This document shows, in pieces, positions 49,922-62,400 of a DNA stretch of 64,000 nucleotides. Source of the stretch: Malacoraja senta (Eukaryota). The stretch's first letter is position 1, and every line of letters starts with the position of its first letter. The stretch lies in the NCBI GenBank assembly GCA_038087875.1, contig CM075987.1, positions 27,716,001-27,780,000 of the forward strand, read 5' to 3'. The notes below the pieces were generated by a model, which searched no databases, had not been told where the DNA came from, and saw nothing but the letters and a program-made list of their open reading frames with translations. Position numbers and translations under genes: made by a program.

Positions 49922-52900
49922 AAAATGAGGGGTCTATTCATGCCCGAAAGCAGAGATGTGAACAGCAGACAGACACAAAAATGTTGGTGTAATTCAGTGG
50001 GACAGGCAGCATCTCTGGAGAGAAGGAATGGGTGACGTTTCAAGTTGAGAGCAGTTGTTCTGATGTCAATAACGAGTTGACAAGGTTTGTGTTGCATCCT
50101 TTATGTACAGATGTACACATTAGCAGCAGTAGGCCATTCAGCCCATTGAGCCTACCCCATGATCGTCTGTTTGCTGTTTGGAGATACAGCACAGAAACAG
50201 GCCCTTCGACCAACAAAGTTCATACTAAGCATCGATCACCCGTTCACTCGAGTTCTACGTTATCCAACTTTCACATCCACTGCCCTCACACTACGGGGCA
50301 ATTTACAGAAGCCAATCTACCTACAAACCTGCATGACTTTGGGACGTGGGAGGAAACCGGAGCACCTGGAGAAAACCCACGCGGTCACAGGAAAAATGTG
50401 CAAACTCCCCACAGACAGCACCCGAGGTCAGGATAGAACAGGGGTGTCTGGCGCTGTCAGGCAGCGGTTTTATCTGTCCTGAATCTACATTCCATCTAGC
50501 TGTGGTAACCTTTCCCCCCCTCATGTGTAAAGCATGTGCCTTGACATAAGAGACTGCAGATACGGGAACCTTAATCAAAGTGCTGGAGCAACTCCAAGAA
50601 TATGTCCATCTCTGACTCCAAAATATTCAAAGACTCTGCAACCTCCCTTCGAGAGAGAGAGTTCCAAAGCTGACAATCCTCTGAGCATCCATGACCAGTG
50701 GAGGGCGCCAGTGTACACTGGGTGAATGTTGCAGTCATTGCCCAGAGGACAGAGGTTTAGGGTGAGGGTGGGGGGGAAAGATTCAACACGAATCTGAGGG
50801 GCAGCGTCTTCCCACACATGAGGGTGGTGGGTGTATGGAACGAGCTGCCGGAGGAGGTAGTTGAAACATAGAAAATAGATGCAGGAGTAGGCCATTCGGC
50901 CCTTCGAGCCTGCACCGCCATTCAATATGATCATGGCTGATCATCCAACTCAGTATCCCGTACCTGCCTTCTCTCCATACCCCCTGATCCCTTTAGCCAC
51001 ATCTAACTCCCTCTTAAATATAGCCAATGAACTGGCCTCAACTACCTTCTGTGGCCGAGAATTCCAGAGATTCACCACTCTCTGTGAGGCAGGGACTATC
51101 ATCGTGTCAAGTCTTCCTGTCCCGCTGAGTTACTCCAGCAATGTTTAAGAAACATTTAGACAAGTAGTGTGTAGGAAAGAACTGCAGATGCCGGTTTAAA
51201 CCGATGATAGACACAAAATGCTGGAGTAACTCAGCAGGACAGGCAGCATGTCTGAAGGGATGCTGCCTGTCCCAGTGTGTATGACCATCAGACACATGTG
51301 GCATGTAGAGGTCCCTCATTCATTGTGCCCAAGGACCAGTATAGTGTCACACAGCATGGAAACATGGGTGATGTTTTCGGGTCGAGACCCTTCAGACTGG
51401 TTAGGGATAAGGGAAACGAGAGATATACTGTAGACAATGGTGTAGAGAGATAAAGAACAATGAATGAAAGAAAAGCAAAAAAGTAAGGATGATAAAGGAA
51501 ACAGGCCATTGTTAGCTGTTTGTTGGGTGAAAACGCAATGCTGGTGCAACTTGGGTGGGGGAGGGATAGAGAGCGAGGGAATGCCGGGGTTACTTGAAGG
51601 TAGACAGGTACATGGATAGGACTGGTTTAGAGCGATATGGGCCAAACGTAGGCAGGTGGGAGTAGTGTAGGCGGGACATGTTGGTCGGTGTGGGCAAGTT
51701 GGTTGGAAGGGCCTGTTTCCATGCTGTGTGACACTATACTGGTCATTGGGCACAATGAACGAGGGACCTCTACATGCCACATGTGTCTGATGGTCATACA
51801 CACTGGGACAGGATCTATGATCAGCCATGATTGAATGGTGGAGTAGGCTTGATGGGCCAAATGGCCTACTTCTGTTCTTATGAACTTGTCAACATGATAT
51901 CTAGTTAAACTGATCTAATTTGCCAGAACATGACCCATATCCCTGTATTCTCTGCATTTCCATGTGCCTATCTAAAAGCCTCTTAAACACAACTATCATA
52001 TCTGCCTCCACCACCACCACCACCACCCCTGGCAGCGAGTTCCAGGCACCCACCACCCTCTGTGTACAAAAACTTGCCCCTTACGTCTCCGTTAAACTTT
52101 CCCCCTCTCACCTTGTAGCTATACCCTCTAGTGCTGGACATTTTAAGCCTGGGAGAAAGGTTCTGACTACCCTATCTATATCTCTCATCATTTTTTAATG
52201 GGGTCAAGGAAAGAGCGTTCACGTCGCTGCCCTGTTTCCACCAACCTTTCCACCACCACGCACAAGAAGCGACAAGACAGTCACCATTGTGTGCGGATGC
52301 CGAGATGTGTGTCGAGCTCTGGCTGAACAACTTCTAATCTTGTGTGTGGACTCGATAAGAAGAGTTTTTAAAATAAACTTCTATTAAGTCTCCCCTCAAC
52401 CCCTGACGTTCCAGAGAAAACAAACCAAGTCGGGATGTTATAGAGTCATTGGGTGATACGGTGTGGAAACAGGCCCTTCCCTTCAGCCCAACTTGCCCAC
52501 ACGGACCAACATGTCCCAGCTACACTAGTGCGTTTGGTCCATATCCCTCCAAACCTGTCCTATCCATGTACCTGTCTAAATGTTTCTTAAACGTTGGGAT
52601 AGTCCCTGCAACAACTACCTCCTCTGGTCCTCGATTCACCTACTCTGGGCAGGTTTTACTGGGAACTCCTGGCATTCCTCTGAGTCCAACCCAGCAAATG
52701 ACATTGGATACAACACTGTGTTGGTTAAGAACTCAGATCAGACACAACGCCTTAATGGATAATAATTTACTTAGACAATGATTCATGTTGGACAACAATT
52801 CATTCTTAACAATAATTTATGTTCAACAATAATTCATATTGGGTGGTAATTGATGCTGGGCACAATGGCACATGAGAACATGTCGTCAATAATAAACGAT

Positions 52901-53237
52901 GGACAATAACACATTTATTTATGATTGAATTGGATCATAGTCCATTTTAGACTATAGACATACCAGATATTTTAGTATTGGCCAATAATGAATGCATGTA
53001 CAGTCACAAATGCTGGAGTAACTCAGAGGGACAGGCAGCATCTCTGTAGTTTCAGAGTTGAGACCCTTCTTCATACACGCACGCGTGTATTATGCATTAT
53101 CCTTATGATGTGCAAATAGGTGATGGTATCCACTTTGTGCACAAACCAGGGGAGCAAGATGTTGTTAAATGCTGACAGAACGGGCAATGTTAATGTTCAT
53201 TGAGACGTCACTGAAAGGCAACGTACTAAAGCAGAGA

Positions 53238-53428
53238 AGAGACCAGACGGGGAGACCAGACAGGGAGACCAGACGGGGAGACCAGACGGGGAGACCAGAC
53301 GGGGAGACCAGACGGGGAGACCAGACGGGGAGACCAGATGGGGAGACCAGACGGGGAGACCAGACGGGGAGACCAGACGGGGAGACCAGACGGGGAGACC
53401 AGATGGTGAGACCAGATGGAGAGACCAG
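53238..53428. repeat. 13-bp minisatellite GACCAGACGGGGA
   Basis: About 14 head-to-tail units. Confidence 0.92.
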
Positions 53429-54001
53429 GAGGGTCGGAAAGTGCTTGGAACCAGGGCAGGACATTAGTTTGGAAACCACTTCTTGTTGGCGATATTTTGT
53501 ATTATTCAAGGTAGACACAAAATGCTGGAGTAACTCAGGAGACAGGCAGTATCTCTGGAGAGAAGGAATGGGTGACGTTTCGGGTCGAGACCCTTCTTCA
53601 GACTGCATTGTATTATTGGACTCTACTACCTTTTATAAAATTCAATTCTGCGTCGGACTGTGGTTGTGTTGGAAGCTTCTGTACGTTAAACACTAATTTG
53701 TATTGGTGTGAATTGCGTTGAGTGCTAATATATATATATTATTTTTTGCATTCTAGATCGCTACATCGTATTGGACCACATGAGAAGGTATCCCTTTCCA
53801 TAGGCATGTGGAGGCAGAGTTCCCTCACATTGGGAAGAGTCATTGAGATGACCAGATGACCAGGTGTAGAATGGTGGTGACCTGGAGGTCAGTCGCTTCA
53901 ATGTGATCCATGTAATGAGGTTAAAATCAAACAGAGAGTTGATGGAATAAGTACAGGTTAACATTTAAGTTTACAAGAAGAATATCAGTGTATTAATTCC
54001 T

Positions 54002-54616
54002 TCAGCACACGCGTTGCGTTCTTTGAACCATCTGGTTCTGTCCAGGTTGTCCACATTGGTCACTGCTGGTGAAGGTCACTAACGCACCACAAAGACCCAG
54101 ATGGAACTGATGAGGATGGTTAGTGTGACCAGGATGACAATGACGATGGTGACGTAAGACTTGTGGATGCAGCACCACCAACCTCTGCCCCGACTCCTGG
54201 TGATTGTCCATGTCTGATGGGCGGCCCACGTCCAGGCTTTGACTCACCGAGCTGGCAAACATTTTCTTCTTCCCCCTCTTCTTCTGGGACCACTGTCCCT
54301 TCTTCACGAACAGCCGGCCCTTGCCCCGGTTGAAGCGAATGCTCTGGATTCTCTGCATGGCCTCGGGCAGGCAGGACAAGACGCCAGAGTTGTTGCCCAG
54401 CTTGGGCAGGCCATCCTTGGGCACGCGGGTCAGCGAGCGGCATATGGGGCACTGGATGGCTTCTGCCACCTGCGCCTTCATGTTCATACGGGCCAGGCAT
54501 TCCAGGCAGAAGGTGTGGTTGCACGCAAGCTGCTTGGGCGTACGGAATACATTGTTGTAGTTACTGAAGCAGATGGAACACTCCAGGTCGTAGTCCTTCA
54601 CCTCCGACACGCTCAT
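54002..54616 (-). CDS. RNF183-family RING-HC protein, RNF225-like; TM tail lies in the +1 frame (stop 54079-54081) as assembled
   Basis: [33 protein letters not shown]...CPICR RING; GLPKL...SIRFNRGKGRLFV...LDVGRP segments recall RNF225; splice acceptor ctttctttgctcAG at 54633-54632, 15 nt before the ATG. Confidence 0.8.
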   Translation of the reverse strand: MSVSEVKDYDLECSICFSNYNNVFRTPKQLACNHTFCLECLARMNMKAQVAEAIQCPICRSLTRVPKDGLPKLGNNSGVLSCLPEAMQRIQSIRFNRGKGRLFVKKGQWSQKKRGKKKMFASSVSQSLDVGRPSDMDNHQESGQRLVVLHPQVLRHHRHCHPGHTNHPHQFHLGLCGALVTFTSSDQCGQPGQNQMVQRTQRVC

Positions 54617-54977
54617 CCTGCAACCAGCAGCCTGAGCAAAGAAAGGTTCACAATAGAGTCATGGAGTCATTCATAGAATCAATCAGTCGCAGTCATAGAC
54701 TCAGAGGCATCGCCACAGAGTCATTGAGTGAAACAGCATGGAAACAGGCCCTTCAGCCCAACTTGCCCACACTGACCAACATGTCCCAGCTACACTAGTC
54801 CCACCTGCCTGCGTTTGACCCATATCCCTCCAAACCCGTACCTGTCCAAATGTTTCTAAACGTTGCGATAGTCTCAGCCTCAACTACCGCCCCTGCACCT
54901 CAAACTTCACGCTGTTCCCACATTCCATCCCTCCCCTCACCCACCGTCTATGGTTAAAACAGATCCTGTGTCACCTC

Positions 54978-55352
54978 AGCCTGTACTCGCTGGAGTTTAG
55001 AACAATGAGGGGGGACCTCTTTGAAACTTACCGAACATTGAATGGCCTGGATAGAGTGGATAAGGAGAGGATGTTTCCACTAGTGGGAGAGTTTTGGACC
55101 AGAGGGCACAGCCTCAGAATAAAAGAATGTTCCTTTAGGAAAGATATGAGGAGGAATTTCTTTAGTCGGAGGGTGGTGAATCTGTGGAATTCATTGCCAC
55201 AGACGGCTGTGGAGGCCAAGTCCATGGGTATTTTTAAGGCGGAGATTGACAAATTCTTGATTAGTGCGGGTGTCAGGGGTTATGGGGAGAAGGCAGGAGA
55301 ATGGGGTTTGGAGGAGAGATAGATCAGCCATGATTGAATGGCGGAGTGGACT
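54978..55352 (+). mobile_element. CR1 3' fragment
   Basis: MRGDLFETY...RRVVNLWNSLP...GVRGYGEKAG. Confidence 0.8.
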
Positions 55353-55658
55353 TAGTTTAGTTTAGTTTAGAGATTACAGCGCGGAAACAGGCCTCTCGGC
55401 CCACCGAGTCCGTACCAACCAGCGATCCCTGCACACTAACACTATCCTACACACACTAGGGACAATTTACAATTTTACCAAAGCCAATTAACATACAAAC
55501 CTGTACGTCTTTGGAGTGTGGGAGGAAACCAGAGCACCCGGAGAAAACCCACGCGGGTCATGGGGAGACTCCGTACAGACTGCATCTGTAGTCAGGATGG
55601 AACCCGGGTCTCTGGCTCTGTGAGGCAGCAACTCTACCGCTGCGCCACCGTGCCGCCC
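55352..55658 (-). mobile_element. HE1-like SINE
   Basis: Reverse-complement full-length copy. Confidence 0.8.
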
Positions 55659-56499
55659 TTGATAAGCCGAATGGCCTAGTTGTGCTCATGAACCTATGTA
55701 ACCTTGGTGTCATCTGGAGGGCTTCTCCATGCCAGCTCCACAAGATCACCATTTCCCAACCCTGCCCCGACTGCTCTCAGGCGAAACTCTCCATCGTTCA
55801 GCCCGAAACATTAGCCTGGCCACCTTCCACACACAGACCTGATACAAAGTGCTAGCCCTGCTTCTGAACTGTTCCACAATGATTCCTTGTTAACCACAGC
55901 CTCTATATTACATTCTACTTTTCAATTCACCCACGTTCTCTCCCCTCCTTACTCTAGGAATTTCCCCCAGGGCTGGTATGCTCTGAGATCGCTTGTACAC
56001 CTCCAGTTCTGCCTTGTTATCCAACTCCGACACTATGTGGAATACCTTAAGCACTCACCTCTTCCCATTCCTTTAACCTTTGTGGTCCGTAAGTCATAGG
56101 AGCAGAATTAGGCCATTCGGCCCATTAGGTCTACTCTACTTAGGGGCTGAACGGTTTTTCATTGTACCTCGGTACACGTGACAATAAACTAAACTGAACT
56201 AAACTAGACTGCTCTCTAGTTAGAAACATAGAAAAATTGGTGCAGGAGTCGGCCATTCGGCCCTTCGAGCCAGCACCACCATTCAATATGATCATGGCTG
56301 ATCATCCAAAATCAGTAGGTACACAAAAATGCTGGAGAAACTCAGCGGGTGCAGCAGCATCTATGGAGCGAAGGAGATAGGCAACGTTTCGGCCTGAAAC
56401 ATCGCCTATTTCCTTCGCTCCATAGATGCTGCTGCACCCGCTGAGTTTCTCCAGCATTTTTGTGTACCTTCGATTTTCAAGCATCTGAAGTTCCTTCTC

Positions 56500-57417
56500 T
56501 TTTTTTTTAAATTTTATTTATTAGAAGTACATTACATTACAACAAAATACATTAGTACTCATCACGTATATCTTATTAGAATTAATGTACTCCATCATTT
56601 TTAAAAACTAATAAAGAGAGAAGGTTGAAATTAAGAAAGAAGAGAAAGTGAAGGAAAATAGTGAAAGTGTAAAAACGTGACAACAGGAAAGAACAGAGAC
56701 CCTGTAGAAAAGAGATTGGAAAGAAAAGATTAAGAGATAGACCCTAAAGAAGAAAAAAAAGAGAAAGAAGAGAAAAGAGAAGCACAAGTACTTTATTATG
56801 AGCGTCTCACAATGGGATATACCAACTCACCACCTTTCATCCCCCTTTACCGGACATCGGTACTTTTTAAAGTACTTTTGCACCTTATGTTTGTAATAGT
56901 TCTATAAATGAAGACCACGTCAGGTGGAAGTGATCTGGTTTACCTGCCAGGAGGAGTCTTATCTCTTCGAGGTGTAATGTTTCAAACATATTTGAAATCC
57001 ACATGTTTATAGTTGGTATTGGGGCGTTTTTCCAAAATTTTAGGATAAGCTTTTTTCCAGTTATTAACCCGTAATCAACTAATTTCTTTTGAAACATATT
57101 TAGTTCAGGGCTATCTTCCATTGTTCCGAAGATAATCCATTCTGCTTTTGGTGTCAGTTTTATTTTAAATAATATTGTAAAGATTTCAAAATTTCAATCC
57201 AACATTTTTGAATTTTTGTACAAAAAACGAATGAGTGCGCTATAGTAGCTTCTTGAGATTGACATTTATCGCAAATAGGTGATACATTGGGGAAATTTTT
57301 ATTAATTTTAGTTTTTGAATAATATAATCTGTGTAAAATTTTGAATTGTATTAAAGTGTGTCTTACATTAATCGAGCATTTATGCACGTTTAATAAATGT
57401 TCATTCCATCTTAAATA
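56500..57417 (-). mobile_element. L1-clade LINE 3' fragment with poly(A)
   Basis: IQFKILHRLYYSK...CDKCQSQEATIAHSFVFC (C-x2-C-x8-H-x4-C knuckle), frameshifted; AATAAA and an A-run on the minus strand at 56500-56522. Confidence 0.8.
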
Positions 57418-58597
57418 ATCCAAAATCAGTACCCCGTTCCTGCTTTCTCCCCATATTCCTTGATTCCTTTAAGCCTAAGAGCTATATCTAACTCTCTCTT
57501 GAAAACATCCAGTGAATTGGCCTCCACTGCCTTCTGTGGCAGAGAATTCCACAGATTCACAACTCTCTGAGCGAATGTGTCTCTCCAGAGATGCTGCCTG
57601 TCCAGCTGAGTTACTCCAGCTTTTTGTGTTTACTCTCTAGGTGAAAAAGATTTTCCTCATCTCAGTCCTAAATGGCCTACCCCTTATTCTTAAGCTGTGG
57701 CCCCTGGTTCTGGTTGTGGTCGGACGGTTCAGTTGACTGATAAAAGCTGGAAAGAAACTGTCCCTGAATCTGGAGTCCAAGGACTATAATAAAAATGAAT
57801 AAGTTTATTGGCCAAGTATTCACATACAAGGAATTTGCCTTGGTGCTCCGCCCGCAAGTGACAACTTGACATACAGTAACAATTAAGAATGACACATAAA
57901 ACATTAAACATTAATTATTAATTATACTGACCCAGACTCTCCAGCCACTGTTGATCGGACAACCCTGTCACCCAGGAGTGACCCTGGTGGATATGTTGGG
58001 ACCGTCTGTAATGAGCTGTGGCCTGCACTACAGGATCACCACCTCCATGCCCGTAAACTCCAGCCCCCCTTGTAAGGAAAGGCCAACGCGTATCCTCCTA
58101 CATAATCACCTGGTCAGTACAGAATGTACAGGACAGCCCACTTTGGGGCTATTCTACAGTCCCAGCTGCCAGTCCTAAAAGGGATTATACAAATGGGTAC
58201 ATGTCAGTACAGACAGTGTGGGCCGAAGGGCTGTGTGCGTGACTCTGTGACAGTGATGGAAACAGAGAGGGACAGTATGGACAGTGTGGGCCAAAGGGCC
58301 TGTATGCATGACTCTGTGACAGTGATGGAAACAGAGAGGGGTCTGTTATTATTGGTCGGTTGCCAGACCTCATTAACATTCAGATCTCCATGCAAAGGTT
58401 GGGCTGATTTGCCTGCTTCTGCGTAACTTGCCTGACCATAGTTTCCACCTTCATTTGATTATCAAATTCCGCTGCATCACTGTGCCCATTGTGCCAGAGC
58501 CAATCAGGCCCAGCTATCTGCACCATTTGCCTGTGGATGAAGGCATGGTGTGTCCGCGCGCGGCGAATCACTCAGGCCCCAGTCTGGGCCTCTATGT

Positions 58598-58900
58598 AAG
58601 GGTGAAAACACACACCTCCAGGTTCAGGGACAGCGTCATCCCAGCTGTTATTAGGCAACTGAATCATCAACACAACTAGAGAGCAGTACTGAACTACTAT
58701 CTACCTCATTGGTGACCCTCACACTATCTTTGATCAGACTTTACCGCACTTTATCTTGCATTAAACGTCATTCACATTATTTCCTTTATTCTGCATCTGT
58801 ACACTGTGGATGGCTCAATTGTAATCATGTATTGTCTTTCCAATAACTGGTTAGCATGCACGTGACAATAAACAAAACTCAACTGAACAAATTAAACTAA
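58598..58900 (+). mobile_element. Rex1/Babar-like LINE 3' end
   Basis: VKTHTSRFRDSVIPAVIRQLN, then GTGACAATAAA and an (AAACT)n-like tail. Confidence 0.7.
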
Positions 58901-59218
58901 TTTTTTACTTAAACTGATGTTTTCAAGAGAGTTAGATTTAGCTCTTAGGACTAAGGGAATCAAGGGATATGGAGAGAAAGCAGGAACGGGGTACTGATTC
59001 TGGATGATCAGCCATGATCATATTGAATGGCAGTGCTGGCTAGAAGGGCCGAATGGCCTACTCCTGCACCTATATTCTATGTTTCGAAACTTAAACTACA
59101 GAGGAATGAAGGGTGACCTAATTCAAACATTCAAGATCCAAAGGACACAAAGTGCTGGAGTAACTCAGTGGGTCATGCAGCATCTCTGGAGAAAAGATCT
59201 TTCTTCAGACTCCGACCT

Positions 59219-59481
59219 GAAACATCACCTATCCATGTTCTCCACAGATGCTGCCTGACCCGCTGAGTTACTCCAGCACTCTGTGAAACGTCACCTATCC
59301 ATGTTCTCCACAGATGCTGCCTAACCCGCTGAGTTGCTCCAGCACTCTGTGAAACGTCACCTATCCATGTTCTCCACAGATGCTGCCTGACCCGCTGAGT
59401 TACTCCAGCACTCTGTGAAACATCACCTATCCATGTTCTCCACAGATGCTGCCTAACCCGCTGAGTTACTCCAGCACTCTG
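59219..59481 (+). repeat. 4 x 66-bp tandem of the Penelope-derived arm
   Basis: Units start at 59219, 59285, 59351 and 59417. Confidence 0.9.
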
Positions 59482-62400
59482 AGTCCTTTTGTGTATTAAC
59501 CAGTGTATGTGTTGCAGAGGGTGGTGGGTTTATGGAACGAGCTGTCGGAGGTGGTAGTTGAGGCAGGGACTATAACAACAGTTAAAACAGTGAACGTTAC
59601 TAGTCTGTGGAGAGGGAAGCTGAGGTCCTATTTCAGGTTAACACTGCCTCTCTTTCCACAGATGATAGACACAAAATGCTGGAGGCACTCAGCGGGACAG
59701 GCAGCATGATCTGCTGAGTTACTCCAGCATTTTGTGTCTATCTTCAGTGTTATCCAGCATCTGCAGTTCCTTCCTACACATCTCTTTCCACAGATGCCTT
59801 CGGACCTGCTGTGTGGTTCTTGCATTTTTTGCATTGATTTCAGATTTCAGATTTCATAAGGTCATAAGTGATAGAAGCAGAATTGGGCCATTCGGCCCAT
59901 TAAGTCTACTCCACCATTCAATCATGGCGGATCTATCTCTCCCTCCTAACCCCATTCTCCTGCCTTCTCCCCATAACCTCTGACACCCGTACTAATCAAG
60001 AATCTATCTATCTCCGCCTTAAAAATATCCAATGACTTGGCCTCCACAGCCCTCTGTGGCAATAAATTCCACAGATTCACCACCCTCTGATTAAAGAATT
60101 CCATCTATCACCGACAGCCTGTTGTAAGATTATTCCTCTGCCTGACAATTCCTTGAGTGATAGAATCAGAGAGCACGCAAACAGACCGTTCAGCCCACTG
60201 CCTCCGTACTGTCCCACCCTCAATTACACTCGCCTCACACAGTCCCATATTATTCTCACCGTATTCCATCAATCCCCCAAGATTCTACCACTCTACGGGA
60301 AAGTTCATTTTCAGTTTAGTTTAGAGATACGGCGCAGAAACAGGCCCTTCGGCCCACAGGGTCCTAGCGACCAGCGTTCCCCACACATTAATACTATCCT
60401 ACTAAGCGACAATTTAATATTTATACCAAACCAATTAACCTGCAAACCTGTTAAAGAAAGAACTGCAGATGCTGGAAAATCAAAGGTGCACAAAAGTGCT
60501 GGAGAAACTCAGCGGGTGCAGCAGCATCTATGGAGCGAAGGAAATAGGCAACGTTTCAGGCCGAAACCCTTCTTCAGTCTGAAGTCTGAAGCTAAAGCAT
60601 CAGTCTGAAGAAGGGTTTCGGCCCGAAACGTTGCCTGTTTCCTTCGCTCCATAGATGCTGCTGCACCCGCTGAGTTTCTCCAGCATTGTTGTGAACCTGC
60701 AAACCTGTACGTTTTTGGAGTGTGCAAGGAACCGAAGATCTCGGAGAAAACCCACGCAGGTCACGGAGAGAACGTACAAACTCTGTACAGACAAGCATCT
60801 GTAGTCAGGATCGAACCCGGGTCTCTGGCGCTGTGAGGCAGCAATTCTACCGCTGCGGCCAATTTACAGTAGCCAATTAATGTAACAAGCTGCTCCGTCA
60901 CCAATCTGTTACAGCTTTTTTCATCCAGGTGCAGTGAAAAGCTTTAGTTGCATGCTAACCAGTCAGCGGAAAGACAATACATGATTACAATCGAATCGTC
61001 CACAGTGTACAGATACTTGTTAAATGAAATATATAGTCTTTCTGCTGACTGGCTAGCAAACAACAAAAGGTTTTTCACTATACCTTAGTACAGGTGACAA
61101 AAACTAAACTAAACTAATCAATAAAACTGCTTAAAGGAGAATATGTGAAACAATTTTCTACAATGCCTCCATTTAGTTTTGCTCCTGGTATCTGGGAGAT
61201 TATTCATTCCCAGAGTGTAGGAAGGAACTGCAGGTGCCGAAGACAGACACAAAAAGCTGGAGTGACTCAGCGGGACAGGCAGCGTCACAGGAGAGGCTGA
61301 AGAAGGGTCTCGACCTGAAACGTCACCCATTCCTTCTCTCCAGAGATGCTGCCTGTCCCGCTGAGTTACTCCAGCATTTTGTGTCCAATAATTCCCAGAG
61401 GATCCAGGATTAACGTGGAATGTTGTAAACACTCCTTGCTTGAACTGACAATGATAAAGCACTTCGCATTATGGGGTTGTGGAGAGAAGAGGTGAATGGG
61501 GTTGAGAGCGAAAGATAGATTAGCTATGATTTTATATATAAAAGCTATATATGTAATATGTGTATATGTGATTCTGTTCCATTCTGTTTTGTAGTTTGTT
61601 TGAGCATTGCCACTTTTCAATTCACTGCACATCTCGTATGTGTATGTGACGAATAAACTTGACGATTGAATGGTGGAGTGGAGTTGATGGGCCGAATGGC
61701 CTAATTCTGCTCCTACAACTTAAGAACCTATCTGTGATAGACACAAAATGCTGGAGTAACTCAGCGGGACAGGCAGCATCTGTGGAGAGAAAGAATGGGT
61801 GACGTTCCGGGTCGAGACCCTTCTTCAACTTACCTATGAGTTGGGTGGTGAATTCATGTTCATAAGTGATAGGAACAGAATTAGGCCATTCGGCCCTTCA
61901 AGTCTACTCCGCCACTCAACCATGGCTGATCTATCTCTCCCTCCTAGCCCCGTTCTCCTGTCTTCTCCCCATACCTCTGACACCCGTACTGATCAAGAAT
62001 CTATCTATCTCTGCCTTAAAAATATCCGTTGAATCTGCACTGGGTAATTGGTCTAGGGTCCCCTTTGAAGGCAGGTCGCCTGCAAGATGTATCAGACATT
62101 GGCTGGGTAAAATATATATATTTTAAATATTTCAAAATATACTTTATTCGAGAAATAAATATATACAATACATGATCCTTACAAAACTCCATCTGACATT
62201 CTTTGAGGCTATACATACATTCAATACTGGTAAATATTATTGTTCAGAGGGAAGCCTCAGTTTAACGGGATACTCACGTTGTTCGATGAGTGGAGGTCAG
62301 TGACTGTCCTTTATCATCCACTCTGGGCTCCCCCCTCGCCCACAGTTTGGCCCAAGATAGTGGCCAGGATTTGGGAAAGTGGCGCTGGGTTATAGACTGA

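Noticed and set aside
53165..53696. 147-aa and 175-aa repetitive ORFs
   Set aside because: 13-bp minisatellite plus a PLE arm.
45355..54245. Programmed ribosomal frameshifting shared by both RING genes
   Set aside because: The shifts are in opposite directions at non-homologous sites, with no slippery heptamer seen; indel error or mutation is simpler.
59219..59481. CRISPR-like array
   Set aside because: Head-to-tail repeats without unique spacers, eukaryotic context, no cas genes; the same applies to 29095, 26133 and 53238.
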